Positions 27,319 to 42,179 of a DNA stretch of 64,000 nt are shown in pieces. Position 1 is the first letter of the stretch; every line of letters starts with the position of its first letter. The stretch spans positions 117,924,001 through 117,988,000 of the forward strand of contig OX597815.1 in NCBI GenBank assembly GCA_951406725.2, given 5' to 3'. A program made the position numbers and the translations under genes. The stretch is from Octopus vulgaris (lineage: Eukaryota). Under the pieces are notes generated by a model. The model made no database searches, had not been told where the DNA came from, and saw nothing but the letters and a program-made list of their open reading frames with translations.

Positions 27319-27611
27319 TGTTTGTTCCTTCTCGAGCTCATAAAGGCCGGTTTCCCGGTCTCTTTGGCGTATAGGTCCCCACCTGGACGGGACGCCGGTC
27401 CGTCGCAGGTGAGCTGCAAGATGCAGGAGGAAAGAGTGAGAGAAAGTTATGACGAAAGAGTCAGCAGACGTTCGCCATTACCTTCTGCCGGAGCCGTGTG
27501 GAGCTTAGGTGTTTTCGCTCATAAACACACACATCACCCGGTCTGAGATTCGAATCCACGATCCCTCGACCGCGAGTCCGTAGCTCTAACCACTAGGCCA
27601 TGTGCCTCCAC
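27319..27611 (-). mobile_element. SINE family D copy with 7-bp TSD
   Basis: Reverse complement of 25274-25562; TSD GATAATA on both sides. Confidence 0.88.
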
Positions 27612-29464
27612 GATAATAAATATAGTTTAGTGATTTTCTTCCATGTGTTACTTCGAAGATACCATCAACTTATCAATAGTTATTGCTTACGTAGACAAAA
27701 AATTCAAAAATAATCTGAGAAAGAATGCCAAGAGCTTATCTTCAAGCCTTGCTGGCGGACATTAGCAACGAAAGTGAGTTAAATTAATCTGAGATGAGAA
27801 TTAATAACAATCTGCAGAAGATTTTCCCAGAGGCTTAATTTTTGCTCAGCAGGATTGATTCCTCATCGAATATAATATAATTGCTGATCATGAATTTTAA
27901 TTTAATGTGGTTTAATCAAAATTAAACAATGGTTTCTGTTGATTAACCAACTCGCTAACATTGTTAGACTTGTGCCAAAATTAGAAAGGGTTACAAAGAA
28001 TTTAATGTGGATCTAGTTGCCTTTTTTAAGCGCAGTTATTCGTAACGATTACTTCCACTATACAGACTATAAAACAAAAATTCTGGTTCAGCTGATATTA
28101 ACCAGATCTCTGAAATGTCATTTTACCATATTAAGGTTTCTCTGATTCGAAAGATTTTTTTTTCTCTGTTTTTACCCTATTGTTTTATAATACTTTTCTC
28201 TTTACTGAAGCATTTCATAGAATGAATTATATCAGTGGTAACGCTTGCCTTCTTCTTGAATGTCGTTAAGATCTACACCAAATGGCCATACACTGTTTCC
28301 AGAAAAAGCTATTACCTTTCCCATTTTAATCCTTCCTACAGATATTCATAACACAGATCCCTTTAGTATAACTAAAACTATCTAATACAGTATGATAAAA
28401 AAAATGTTTTATTAGTCATCATTGCTTGTATTTGAGTTGTACTCAGCTAGGCGGAGTCCTGTCGTTTCTATGTAGCACCGTAACTAATTTATTCAGCTGC
28501 TGTTCAGCTTTTATTGCCGTTCTTTCCCTCTTCCCTCTCCCTCTGTCTGTCCGTCTGTCTCTCTCTCTCTCTCTTTCTCACACACACATACACACACACT
28601 CCCCCCCTCTCTCTCTGTGAGATATCCGATATCACCCCAACACGCCTGTGATAATCATTACATTATTTAATGTTCTTTCCAATCATTTGATATTCTGCAT
28701 TTCTTGATCATTATCGTGATCCAAGCAAAAAGGCTTAATAATTACGTTACCTCACATTCAATGCGAACAGTTAAGAGGAGGAAATATCTGATATCGGCAT
28801 TTTACACTGTGTTTGAGTATAGCCAACATTCCACTCAATATTTGAATATATGATTTCTCCAAGAAGCCATAACTCAATATATAGGTAAAAAATATTACCT
28901 TCATGAATTATCAAGTAAGGAAATATGGATAATTTTATCCGAAAATTCTTGTACATGACTGTCCACAGATTAGACCTTAATTTTGTTGATAATTTCGCAG
29001 TATTTATCTCTATTTACTGGACAAGTATCTCAATTTACGGGAAACAGAGCTAAGTGATAAAGAATTTAATCGGATACCTGATGAATATTTCCGTATGTAA
29101 CAAGTAAAAAATTATCAAATTACTTGCGTATCGACAAATTAGAGGACATGTGACCCAAAACAACACAGTATTGGTTATATGACTCACATCCAAGTTTTTC
29201 CATCGACTAGTTCATGATTACTGGTTCATTGACTATTATCGAGCGAACATGTATCTTATGAGATTTTATTAGAATATTCTAATGATTACGGTTACCATAT
29301 TTTAAAACTTCTTTCAGATGTGTCACAAGAATTTGAAAGCTTCCGTAGAATGTGAAATAATTATTTTTGGAACAGCAAAACTCGAAGCAGATTAAATTAT
29401 AAATAATAGTGTGTAAATATAGAGTTATGAAAAAATTCATGATTTTGTATGTTGAAAGATCTTG

Positions 29465-30376
29465 GGAACTTTGTGGTTATCGTCTCTGTCTACAATTTTG
29501 TTCCAATTGTTTTCAAATTTGGTATATAGAATTAAGTTTTGGATACTAATTATGAAAATGAAATTCATTTTTCTTATAAATTCACAATTAAATAGTTATT
29601 AGCTTTTAACCTTTTCAAAATTTGATTATTTTAGCCAATCAGAAGCGAGTATTTTACACATCACCGTGAAGTTCTGTTAGCATATTAAGCAAAGAAGCAT
29701 CACGTGTTCCGTAACTGATTGCGAAGAACTCTGTTTCCATAGTAATGAAAGATGCTGTGCATGCACACAAGGAGTGTAGCCACCGAATTGAGTGTAATCA
29801 ACAAGTACAGAGTACCTGGGCAGCTTTAAAGCGTGGAAACAAACGACGCTATGGGACACACCGTTTCATGGTTGACTCTTATCTTTGTGAATGTATGTGG
29901 AGAAGGAGATATGAGAAAGATAATTTATTTCATAAAATCCTAGTGTATTGCTAACTTTCATTCTTGAATTTTTTTTAACTAATGTCTGTTTTAAGTAATG
30001 TTTTGACTGTTATTTCTAGCAACTCCTGTTGGTTTGCTCGTAGCTTTTAAATATTTAATTTTCTCACGAATCTTTATATGTTTTTCACTGTTTATTGTAA
30101 CTAGTTAAATGTTTTGACATGCCGGTGCTCTCCTCCGAGGCCCCTTTCTCACTACTGTGACAGATGATGGAAGAAGCAGTGGATGCGCTGTTTTCTGATC
30201 GGCTGAAAATTTTGAAAATTATCAAACTTTGAACACCTATAACATTTCCGCAAAATTTTTCTGCAATAAATGAATAAAAAATTCAGAATGACCGTCACAA
30301 ATTACATTTATATGACGATACATTATGAATTTTTTTAAAAGATTTCGACATGCAGTGACGATAACTAGAAAGATCC
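29465..30376 (+). mobile_element. Merlin (IS1595/ISXO2-like) transposon deletion derivative
   Basis: Imperfect TIRs GGAACTTTGTGGTTATCGTCTCTG and CAGTGACGATAACTAGAAAGATCC; 8-bp TSD AGATCTTG/AAATCTTG; subterminal IR around CCAATCAGAA. Remnant ORF 29745-29954 reads QQVQSTWAALKRGNKRRYGTHRFMVDSYLCECMWRRRY...FHKIL. Confidence 0.78.
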
Positions 30377-31570
30377 AAATCTTGTAATACTATCTTCGTT
30401 ATAAGAAAACACCCTTCGGTGCCTAAAGAAACTAAAGGAGAGGAAGGATTAACTGACATTATTTGCAGGAATAAGACTTAAGCGAATTTAAATAACCAGT
30501 CTTCGTCGACACGAAATTATTAATTGTAAAATCTCTCGATCCTTTTGGTAATATATAACATGCTTAGTTAAAAATATTTGAAAGTGTAAAGTTATCGCAT
30601 TTCAACATGTCTTTTAGGAAACTGAGTAAAATATAATGAAAAATTGGAAAACTTAAATTGCTGATTCCCTCAAACGTTCAGTTATGTGTCGGTTAATTGA
30701 ACTGTGGCGGGTCCAAGAACAAAACTGAACTGAAATGTTTAGTAGTTACACCAGACAAAATATTTCTATTTTACTAACAATGACATTCTGGTTCGAGATT
30801 GTGAGAATAATAAATGAAAGTTTCAAAACTAATTAAACTAATCAGCAGTTGATAATTTGCTGCAAAAGTTTCCAATTACTCTGGTTGAAAATATTTCATT
30901 GTTCCTTTATGCGACAAAGACTTCTACACTTTGCTTTCTTTGAAGTTCAACATTCTTAGAGATATTTGACCTGCCAACTGTTGTTTGACTTTCATTTGTC
31001 TTGCATTGAGGAATCCATTTCACATCTCTCTGCTGTCATTACCTCTAGTGGCGGCAATGCCTACAACTCCTCTTGGTTATTATTTACTCACACACCGACG
31101 CTACTGGTGCTGATGTTAAATCAACCATCATTCTATACAGTTAATAACCTCACTCACCCTTATCTATGCCAAACGCATTAGCTCTCTAAAAATCATTCAC
31201 TTTCTATATTACCTTCAGCTCCATCTTTTAATAGATCAGAACTGTTTCTTGACAAACTAGGCCGTCTGTCCATCGCCTAATCAAGGCAATAAAATACTTA
31301 ACGCTTTGACAATCAGATACTTCAATTCAGTTTACTGGCCTGAGTTCAACTATTTCTATTCCATTTATCTCCAAGAGGATAGTATGAGTCATCCCGAGCC
31401 TATCCGAGAGAGCTGGGGCTGGTTAACAAAGCTATCCACCAAGTTATGGCTCTCCATATTTTTCATAAAATCAGAACACTTGTATCTTAAGCTACCACGA
31501 ATGATTCAATCGTAGCTTTGCCGCAGCGATTCAGACAACACACTGCCTAAAACAGATGGAAGAATTACAC

Positions 31571-31596
31571 CCACCACCACCACCACCACCACCACC

Positions 31597-31668
<72 letters not shown>

Positions 31669-31681
31669 AACAACAACAACC
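31571..31681. repeat. (CCA)n(CAA)n microsatellite
   Basis: Direct reading. Confidence 0.95.
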
Positions 31682-32719
31682 GTTGAGCCATCATGAAAAT
31701 TACTGCTAAACAAGTATCAGAAAAGCAAAGGATGCTTCTATACACCATAAAACCTGCAAAGTTCCAATTCTCTCAGTAGTCTTCTGATTTCTTGCTAAGA
31801 CAGCTTCTTCGAACTTAGTAGAATTCTTATGCTTTCATGTCTTTGACCAAGCTGGGTCTTCAAGCACCATTCCCGTTGAAAGAACCACCACATTTATTTC
31901 TTGTTTTGGTTCCGAATCTATACTGCAGACAATAAACAAAATTACTTTACAATCTCTTATTTTCCTGTACTCAATACGTTTAACCAGCACATACACTGTC
32001 TTCAAAGAGAAAAACTTATTCTTTCGCTTTAGCATAACAAAGCAGTTTCCAGCGATATTCTATTTCCTTCAAACAATGTACATCAAAGATAGGGATCTTA
32101 TTCCCCTCCCTACCCGATCACTCTCTCGCTCTCTCCTGAGATTTATAGTAACTCATAGAATCACACTAGTGTGTCCTCTTCCAAAGCTGAGCAACATCTT
32201 TGGTCTATAAACTATACACCTATCATTCTCACGACAACACTCGTAAAGCAAAAGCACTTCTTTCGCCACCTTAAGTTTTTCTCCCCTTTCATTGACCAAC
32301 AGCTTCTGAAGAATCAGGTAGCAAATATTTGCTCTCTTACGTAACACCCTGATTATCTTTAGTCTTCGAGAACGAAAACTTATATAATACTGTTGTATTT
32401 TATACTCGCAGTCTTCCACTGTGTCAAGTATGAGAATCTTCTGATTAAGTTAGTCTACTTATGGATTCCATTCGTCTCTCATTTTTTTTCCCCAATAGAC
32501 TGCTCTATTGGAGCATTTTTAGTGGGGTCTCTCCTGCCCGGTTTTCATTAATGCTGCTATTTACTAAGTTTCAGATATGTCTTTCTCTCACATTGGCTTC
32601 TTTTTGCATTCAACGTCTTACTTCAAATAACACACTACTGTGTAGATGATTTTAAATTTTACATCTTTATCTTCTGTACATAGCTGTCATCTACATACTT
32701 CTAAAACAACACACAAGTC

Positions 32720-33460
32720 TTGCATTGGCCAATAAATGTAGGTAGTGAAATTATTCTTCAATGAAAATAATACAACTTAGTTTCCTCCAGCAGTACAAAG
32801 ACAATTGCTACAAGCATCAAGGAAGTAGTATAATACCACATCCTTTCATCACATAAATAACATAATTGAAGTCCTCGAAGTCATTATAAATACTGGGTGT
32901 TTGGCATCAAATTATCCAATGACAATACCACATATAAATAACAGTTCTAGAATTGCATCACAAGCAATTAGCTTCCTCTTCAGTGTCAGAAATACTATAT
33001 CGCTGAAGACTCTTTGCAAAGCTAATGTGCGCTCTACATTGGAATATATATTGTTCACATAGCCTGGGCAGCGCTGTTATTATGCAAACGCATCCAGAAT
33101 AATATTCAAAACAAGACCATTCGGCTAATTAGCAAACATCTACTCACCAGCGTGCTATAACTATTAAATTACAGATGTGTTGTTTCTTCTCCCTCATTTT
33201 ACTATCATAATTTAACAGCTCTTCCTCCGAACAAGCTATCTACAGATTCACTCTGTACACCAGTCTCTTCGCCCTCATCGTTCTCACAGCATCCCCCTTC
33301 CCGGAATCTAAACAAAACCCCTCAAATGATGCTTCTACCCTAGAAGTATTTTCTCAATAGATATCCACCTACAGATGCAAAAACTGAACACTACTTTCAT
33401 CCGTTGGAGACGGCTTGAATTCATGGACACTACCCTCCTACTCTAAGTCATAAAAAAAAT
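32720..33460 (+). pseudogene. Highly decayed LINE 3' fragment (Jockey/I group)
   Basis: Residual motifs KANVRSTLEY and IQNKTIRLIS..LT..L..LNYRCVVSS, and an A-rich end at ~33450. Confidence 0.4.
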
Positions 33461-33853
33461 AAAAGAAATGAAAAAGGCAATGCGGATAGGACTGAAAAGT
33501 TTGTATTTTGTCAAAAATACAGATATATCCCGAGGAAAAGGCTGGATGCTTTTTGCTTATTTATGTAACAAGGTGAATAAAAATCAGCCAGAGTATAATT
33601 TACAGAATTACTTTGAATAGATTTATTGAATTGTTTTTATTATATTATTTTGCCATATTTATCGTCTGTTGTTTTGAGAAACATTCCATAATACGTAATT
33701 TGGAGTGTGAGTGAAACTATGCACGAAAATATTACGTGTGACGAAATCCGTTCAGAGTACTAATAAAGCACGTTGAACAGACATACACACACATAAAACA
33801 CACACACACACACACACGCACCCCCCCCACACACACACACAGAACACACACAC

Positions 33854-33908
<55 letters not shown>

Positions 33909-33912
33909 ATCA

Positions 33913-34093
33913 TTGGCACTCCGTCGGTTACGACGACGAGGTTTCCAATTGATTCGAGCAACGGAACAGCCTGTTCGTAAAATTAGCTTGCAAGTAGCTG
34001 AGCAATTTACAGACACGCGTACTCTTAATGAAGTTCTCAGAGAGATTCAGCACGACACAGAAAGTGACAAATCCGGTCTCTTGAATTACAAGC
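33913..34093 (-). mobile_element. SINE family C 3' fragment
   Basis: Reverse homology to 20620-20797. Confidence 0.6.
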
Positions 34094-34174
34094 ACGCACA
34101 CACACACACACATTCATACATACATACACGTATATGTATATATACAAATATAAATATACACACATATATATGTA

Positions 34175-34220
<46 letters not shown>

Positions 34221-36485
34221 CTTATGATAGAGAATAGTTTTAGGATATCTCCATTGCTCTCTTTCCTCCATTAAATGCCTATCATCCACGGACAATTTCC
34301 TTCGACGCCTGCCACTGCTTTACCATATGTTCAGCAACGTTATTTCTTATCTTTAGTTTATCCAAATTATTTCTAAATCATTCACAGCCAGAATTTTGTT
34401 CAACGCTCTTTTTTTTTTTGGCGGGGTGGGGGGGGATATTTTTAGCTCTTGCGGTCTGTGACGTTTAAGTAGTTTGCAATGCAAAGTTCAAGGAATAATT
34501 ACAATCTTGTTGCAGACCTGCAACTGTTGTTTCTAAATTAATTCAGGAATGGTCGGCTGGTAAGAGTTACTTCGTCTGCAGCATTCTGGGGATTTGGTGG
34601 AACTATGCCATTTGAATGACTTCCAACATATCCAAATCGTTTGCGAGTAATTAGTATCTATGATTCAGTGCTATATAACAGCACAGGCAAAGTGATGATC
34701 GATATATGTGAAATTCGGTATGCGATGAGATGTTCTACTTTTACATGGTTTGCTCGGAAGAATGGGGCTGTGCCCAAGAATTTAAGAGAATCTTCAATTC
34801 TGACAAGTTTAGTAAAGTTTTTGTTACTGTTGATCATCTCTAAGTCTATGTCTGCAGGAAATCATGCAGGGAAAAATGGAATACCAGAGTTGTGGGGAGA
34901 TGTTCTGCGACATACTGGTTAATTGTGATGGAGTTGTGACGGAGCAGCAGTAGTAAAAAGAGAAGTGGTGTGCCATGTACATTTCGGTGGAGGTGGTGTG
35001 CATCTAACTAGTCCAGAGAGGAACAGGGGCCGTTATAATAGTAGTAAAATAAGCAGTGGGAGGATAACGTGTCTGTGGGACACTGGTTGTAGTGCGTTCT
35101 GAGAGATATATTTTCGGCCGGTAGGAAATCAAAATTTTGTGTAGCATGTTTGTGTAGGTAGCAGCAGCATTGCCTTATTATTACACCAAAATACATAAAT
35201 GGAAAAGAAAACTCTATACCTCAGATCATTAAAGCACCAATCTTATAATCTAACGCTTGACGAGCAAATTAAGGAACCTTATACATTCACTTCACTTGCG
35301 AGAAATAACAGTTACACCTTCCTACAAACACACACTGCCATATTTAAAATGGAACTTTTAAGACAGCAATTTCTTTCCTCATATCTATAATTTACATTTA
35401 GTTAACTGTGCCAATCTTACTCAATCTATTGAATTATTAGCCGAAGCTCTCACCATAGCAAATATTTTCATCTTATTTGCATTCATATTAATATCAAATC
35501 GTAAAAACCTATTTTGGATAACTCTGAAGAACTCTTGGATTTCTAGTATGAGTCAACAAAAGTCGCACCATCGTCAATGAACATTAAACTCATGACATAT
35601 CTATTCTAATCAATCTGTTCAGAGTTGGGAACTTTCATCATTATTACATCACTCATTACATTAAATAATAGATCACTATAATAATAAATTACTAAACTAG
35701 TTTAGAGATAACTTTTTCACTTTGGGGAATTTAACATTTTGTCTTAATATATAACAATAATTTATAGTATAGGCGCAAGATCACAAATCTAAGTAGGGGT
35801 CTGGTTGATTACTACTACCCTGGTTCTTGGGTGATAATTTAATAATTTATTTTATTAAACTAGAAAGAAGAACGGTTAAGTCGATCCCGGCAGTATTCGA
35901 AGTGGTATCACAAGAGAACATAACTAAATACTACAAAGCGTTTTTTTGCACTAAAGATCTGACGATTTGGTCAATCCGCCACTCTGTGTCAGTCCATAAC
36001 CCAAATGTGTTTCCCAGTCCGTCATACGCTATCGCCAGATCAAAATGATTGTCAAGTCAGCTATGCGACGAAACGAAATAAATAACCAACTGCGATCCAT
36101 TCATTGTCTTCACATTTCTAAGTAAAGAAAAATAAAGCTTGGGTTAACAGTATTAAGATTCAATTGGATATCATACAAAATGAGGGTTATGTTTTTATTT
36201 TTGGCATTAGGTGGTTCTTTTTTCATTTCGCGTAGAGACGTCACTTCCCTACGATTAGAGCAAAAAGAAAAAAGGAGAACCTAGTTAACCTAAACCTTTA
36301 AAACTAAGATTCTGTCCTCCCTTAATCTATGAGAATGCCAACCACAAGTGGCTTTAGTTATCAAGATAGTTACAACTGCCATTAAATCTGTTTGTTTAAC
36401 CAGTCTCTACAATATATATTGAATTTGTGTATAATCACTATAAAATATGTCCAGAGAATTTAACAACTCAGTTATTAATATAACG

Positions 36486-36531
<46 letters not shown>

Positions 36532-36611
36532 GCGTGTATGCGTATGCATGTGTGTGTATGCGTGTGTATGTGTGTGTAAGCTAACTTTAGGTTAGTTAAA
36601 ATATGTTTGTG

Positions 36612-37008
36612 ACTTATTTCAACTTCTAAAGGTAAATTCACAGCAGTCACCTTTTTGATAAAAAGATGTAAAAACACCATATTTGTCCTGTCGGATTCCC
36701 AGTCGCGTTTCTAGCCCTTTATCAATGGGAAATATCGAAGAGACGCAACTCTAGTCAGACTTGATGCTGTGGCTTTAACTAAAACTAAGTCAACAACATT
36801 GGCTGTGTTGCACCATTAGGCTGTATGTCCCGAGTTGCCACTCTTCGATATTTCCCATTGATAACGGCTAAATATCTATAAACGCGTCTGGGAATCCGAC
36901 AGAGTGCATTACAGGACAAATGTGGCGTTTTACACCCTTTTATAATAAGAAAGAATGTTTCGCTACGAAAGCTGACAGAGAATTTGCCTTTAGTAGTTAA
37001 AATATGTT
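36612..37008. repeat. Diverged foldback palindrome with a hammerhead-like motif in each arm
   Basis: Arms ~36612-36750 and ~36832-37008. Right arm TTCCCA-TTGATAA-...-TAAA-CGCG-TC-TGGGAA; left arm (minus) TTCCCA-TTGATAA-AGGGCTA-GAAA-CGCG-AC-TGGGAA. Confidence 0.8.
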
Positions 37009-37075
37009 TGTGATATAATTATAATTTCTTTGTTTGATTTGCATAATAGTGGTTTTGTCTCTAATTTAATATAAT

Positions 37076-37115
<40 letters not shown>

Positions 37116-37239
37116 AAAGAGAGAGAGTTAGGGTACATTACGTCCAATGACGTATGTGATAATGTTTTCGCAGGCTTTGCTCTCATAATTCGGGGCCATG
37201 CTCCAACATGCTCACAACAAATGACAAACAAGTAAATGA

Positions 37240-37538
<299 letters not shown>

Positions 37539-37700
37539 ATGTATTTATGTATGGAGAGAGAGAGAAACAGTTTGGGTACATTACGTCTAATGACGTAATG
37601 TGATATGTATGTTTTCGCAGGCTTTCCACTCATAATTTTCTTCTCTTCCTCTCTCCCTCTCTCTGACGATGTATCCTTATTTAGAGTATTCCTTAATTAT

Positions 37701-37785
37701 TCCCCTCTGAAGAGACGGTATAGTTGAATTATATGGAAATTGTTGCTCCCTGGTTTATACACTATTCTAGAAACAGCTGTAGGAA
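37701..37785 (+). ncRNA. Hammerhead-like motif (solo)
   Basis: CCCT-CTGAAGA-[long stem II]-GAAA-CAGCTG-TA-GG; palindromic ACAGCTGT stem III; stem I weak. Confidence 0.45.
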
Positions 37786-37978
37786 ACTTTATGCATTACG
37801 CCTTGATTCATTATTTACGGTAACAATTCTGTAATTATGCTTGTGTTATAAATTGCATGCTCTATAGTGATACCACATGTTATGCTTGTTCATAATTACA
37901 CATATGTATTTCAGCAGTATCAACGCTAAGCATTGTTTAAGCATAAGCAAACTTCGGGTCAATTAAAGCCTAGTACTA

Positions 37979-38364
37979 GTAAGCCTAGTACTTATTCCAT
38001 CGGTCAGTTTTGCCGAACCGCTAAGTTACGGGGACATAAACACCGCAACGTCGGTTGTGAATCGATGGTGGGGTTAGAAATACAGACACACAACTACATA
38101 CATACATACATACATACAACTACATACATACATACATACATACATACATACATACATACATACATACACACATACATACATATATATATACAACGGGCTT
38201 CTTTCAGTTTCCGCCAACCAAATCCATTCACAAGGCTCTGGTCGGCCCGAGGCTATAGTAGAAGACACTTGCCCAAGGTGCCACGCAGTGGGACTGGACC
38301 TGGACCCATGCGGTTGGGAAGCAAGCTTCTTACCACACTACCACTCCTATAGCCACTTCTGCGC

Positions 38365-38396
<32 letters not shown>

Positions 38397-38430
38397 ATAT
38401 ATATGTATATATATATACATTTATATATAT

Positions 38431-38476
<46 letters not shown>

Positions 38477-38521
38477 ATATATATGTATATATATATACAT
38501 TTATATATATATACATGTATA

Positions 38522-38558
<37 letters not shown>

Positions 38559-38758
38559 GTATATGTATCTATATGTATGTATGTATGTATGTATGTATTT
38601 TTGTTAAGGTTGTCGATTCGTGCATCTGCTTTGGAAGTGCTGTACAGAATGATGGAAATCTTGATACAGAACTACACCTGCGAATTCAAAGTGCAGCAAA
38701 AGCATTTGGTGGCTTGGAGTCACACGTTTGGTGCCAGCGACATATAAATAAGAATATA
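37979..38758 (+). repeat. ~780-bp direct duplication of 41547-42336 (SINE A, microsatellite and RTE fragment)
   Basis: Near-identical outside the microsatellite run lengths. Confidence 0.93.
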
Positions 38759-38953
38759 TCACAAACATAATTATAATTGTTAAATTTCTAAATTTATATA
38801 AATTATTTTATGTATTGGCTTAAGTCTTTCTTTGTTTGATTTGCATAATAGTGGTTTTGTCTCTAATTTAATATAATATAATATTTTATTATAAAATTTG
38901 ATTCAATCCTAAATCTTTTTTTTCACTTTAAATTTTTTTATATTCCCTAATTT

Positions 38954-38984
<31 letters not shown>

Positions 38985-39230
38985 TATATATACTTCGTTT
39001 ATATGTTTGTATGTATGTATGTTTGTATGTATGTTTGTATGTATGCATGTATGTAAGTGTCTGTACTTATACATAGTCCTGGGCTTACGAGTTCATAGTC
39101 AAACCCCACAAAATAATCAAGTACAAAGTCTGAGTGCAAATATTTGTTGACATTCTCAATGGTTTTCTATAAAATGCGTGTATATATCTGTGTCTATCTG
39201 TATGTATCTCCGTGCGTTCGTGCGTGCGAG

Positions 39231-39299
<69 letters not shown>

Positions 39300-39432
39300 A
39301 GTAATATATTAGGCTACGGAAACTGGTTTCAGAATTCCGTACTCGAGGAAATGTATCCGCTATTTCAGGATACAGTCCGTAATTTCGCACAAACATAAAC
39401 TAGGCTAAATTTGAAGAATTCTAGAAACTAAA

Positions 39433-39518
<86 letters not shown>

Positions 39519-39696
39519 TAGTACCAGCTATCGTAATGATTATGGATTTGCTTTCTCTCCCCAAGTTCCCAGGTTCAGTCATACTTTCCATGTATTTATG
39601 TATATACGTATGTCAGTGTTCAGTTTCATTTCAAGATTTCTCAGCAATAAAGAAAGAGCCGTTTTCTAACGTTTCTGCCAGCTCGCCGCCTTCGAG

Positions 39697-40470
39697 GCTA
39701 ACATATTAAAGAATGGCAGCTGCCGAACATTTCGTGTATGTAAACAACAAAATGAAATCGTTGATCATGTACAGTCTTCTTGCGCCTACAGAGTATCTCA
39801 ACAGGCATGATAGAGTAGTAGCACACTATATCTACTGAGTAATTTGTAAAAACCTGGACCTGCCCCATAATAAAAACTGGTAGGAACACAAACCACCTCC
39901 AGTGCTTGAAATTGATCACATTCACCATTCAAACTAACAGAAAGATAGATGCAAATTGACCAGACATTATATTGAAAGACTTCAGACAAAAATCATATTT
40001 CCTCATTGATATGACTGTCCCAATTGACATAAATGTATTTGTCAAAACCTACCAAAAACTGAGCTAGTATAAAGATCTTGAAATAGAAATTGGCAAAATG
40101 TGGAACCTCAAGACTAAAACAATACCTGTTGTCATAGATGCTCTAGGAATGATAGTGAAAGGGGCTGATTGCTACCTAGCTCAGATACCAGGAAACCCCC
40201 AAGTGGCAGAATTTCAAAAGTTAGTGCTCATGGGGACTGCCGATATCCTTCGTAAAATGCTATTTATGTAATCTCAAAATTTTTAAACAAACTCACAATT
40301 TTCTTGTGTTTTCATAAACATTCTCTAGAACAATACTATGTGCGAAACCAAATATATGACACCCTAGGCATAACACCAACTTGAAATTCTAACTTATTGT
40401 CTCTCGAGGTCTCTAGATGTGACTTGGAGTCAACTTGTACAGATACAAAGCAAAAGTCAAACATATGTAA
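39697..40470 (+). pseudogene. Dong/R4-clade LINE 3' fragment (restriction-like endonuclease)
   Basis: CR..CKQQNEIVDHV, NW*EHKPPPVLE, TIQTNRKIDAN*PDIILKD...LIDMTVP...QKLS*YKDLEIEIGKMWNLKTKTIPVVIDALG; ends in TAA repeats. Confidence 0.85.
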
Positions 40471-40477
40471 TAATAGT

Positions 40478-40860
40478 AATCCTTTCAACTATAGGCACAA
40501 GGCCTGAAATTTGGGGGAGGGGGATAGTAGATTACATCGACCCCAGTGCATAACTGGTACTTAGTTTATCGACTCCGAAAGTAAGAAAGGAAAAGTCGAC
40601 ATCGTCGGAATTTGAACTCAGAACGTAGTGGCAAACGAAATACCTATTTCTTTACTGCCCACAAGGGGCTAAACACAGAGGGGACAAACAAGGACAGACA
40701 AACGGATTAAGTCGATTACATTGACCCCAGTGCGTAACTGGTACTTAATTTATCGTAACTGGTACTTAATTTATCGGAATTTGAACTCAGAATGTAACGG
40801 CAGACGAAATACGGCTACACATTTCGCCTGGCGTGCTAACGTTTCTGCCAGCTCGCCGCC
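40478..40860 (-). mobile_element. Nested/composite SINE family B copies
   Basis: Two overlapping reverse copies of the 9388 family. Confidence 0.75.
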
Positions 40861-40906
40861 TTAATGATAATAAAAATAATAATAATAATAATGATAATAA
40901 TAATAA

Positions 40907-40950
<44 letters not shown>

Positions 40951-41462
40951 ATAACGACAACAACAACAACAACAATAATAAAGAGGCCGAGAACACTATA
41001 CTGGCAGCGCAAGACCAAGACCAACATATCTTGTGTCAGAAGTTGATTCTTTACGTTTATTCTTTCTTGTTATAGACTTAATGCTGAGAACCTCTTTTCC
41101 AAGAGATTGATGAATCGAGTCTGGGAAACTGAGTCAAGATGGATGTAGAGATAAATATGGATAAACATTGATATAAGTATTGATATATTATATATTTATG
41201 TATAAATGCGGATATGTATGCGTGTCTGTAATTAAGCATGCTGACTCATATTAATATCAGTATCTTTATTTATAGACAGACATATCCAAACAAACGCGCG
41301 CGTGCACACATACACACGTACATACATATACACATACGCACACTCACATATCTATGTATATATATATATATATATAAGTATACACACACAATCATATAAT
41401 ATACATATAAATATATATATATATGTACATATATGGACACACACACACACACACACATATAT

Positions 41463-41912
41463 ATTTACTTGTTTCAGGCATTTGACTGCGGTCATGCTGG
41501 AGCATCGTCTTTTAGTAGAACAAATCGACCCCAGGACTTAGTCTTTGTAAGCCTAGTACTTATTCCATCGGTCAGTTTTGCCGAACCGCTAAGTTACGGG
41601 GACGTAAACACCGCAACGTCGGTTGTGAATCGATGGTGGGGTTAGAAATACAGACACACAACTACATACATACATACATACATACAACTACATACATACA
41701 TACATACATACATACATACATACATACATACACACATACATACATATATATATACAACGGGCTTCTTTCAGTTTCCGCCAACCAAATCCATTCACAAGGC
41801 TCTGGTCGGCCCGAGGCTATAGTAGAAGACACTTGCCCAAGGTGCCACGCAGTGGGACTGGACCTGGACCCATGCGGTTGGGAAGCAAGCTTCTTACCAC
41901 ACTACCACTCCT
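41463..41912 (-). mobile_element. SINE family A, full length
   Basis: Homologous to 116-539. Confidence 0.85.
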
Positions 41913-41927
41913 ATAGCCACTTCTGCG

Positions 41928-41974
<47 letters not shown>

Positions 41975-42006
41975 ATATATATGTATATATATATATTTAT
42001 ATATAT

Positions 42007-42054
<48 letters not shown>

Positions 42055-42099
42055 ATATATATGTATATATATATACATTTATATATATATACATGTATA

Positions 42100-42136
<37 letters not shown>

Positions 42137-42179
42137 GTATATGTATCTATATGTATGTATGTATGTATGTATGTATTTT

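Noticed and set aside
34470-34870. Possible very old RTE fragments (also LINE-like traces at ~30960-31500 and ~47000-47640)
   Set aside because: Only faint motif traces; boundaries and identity are not supportable.
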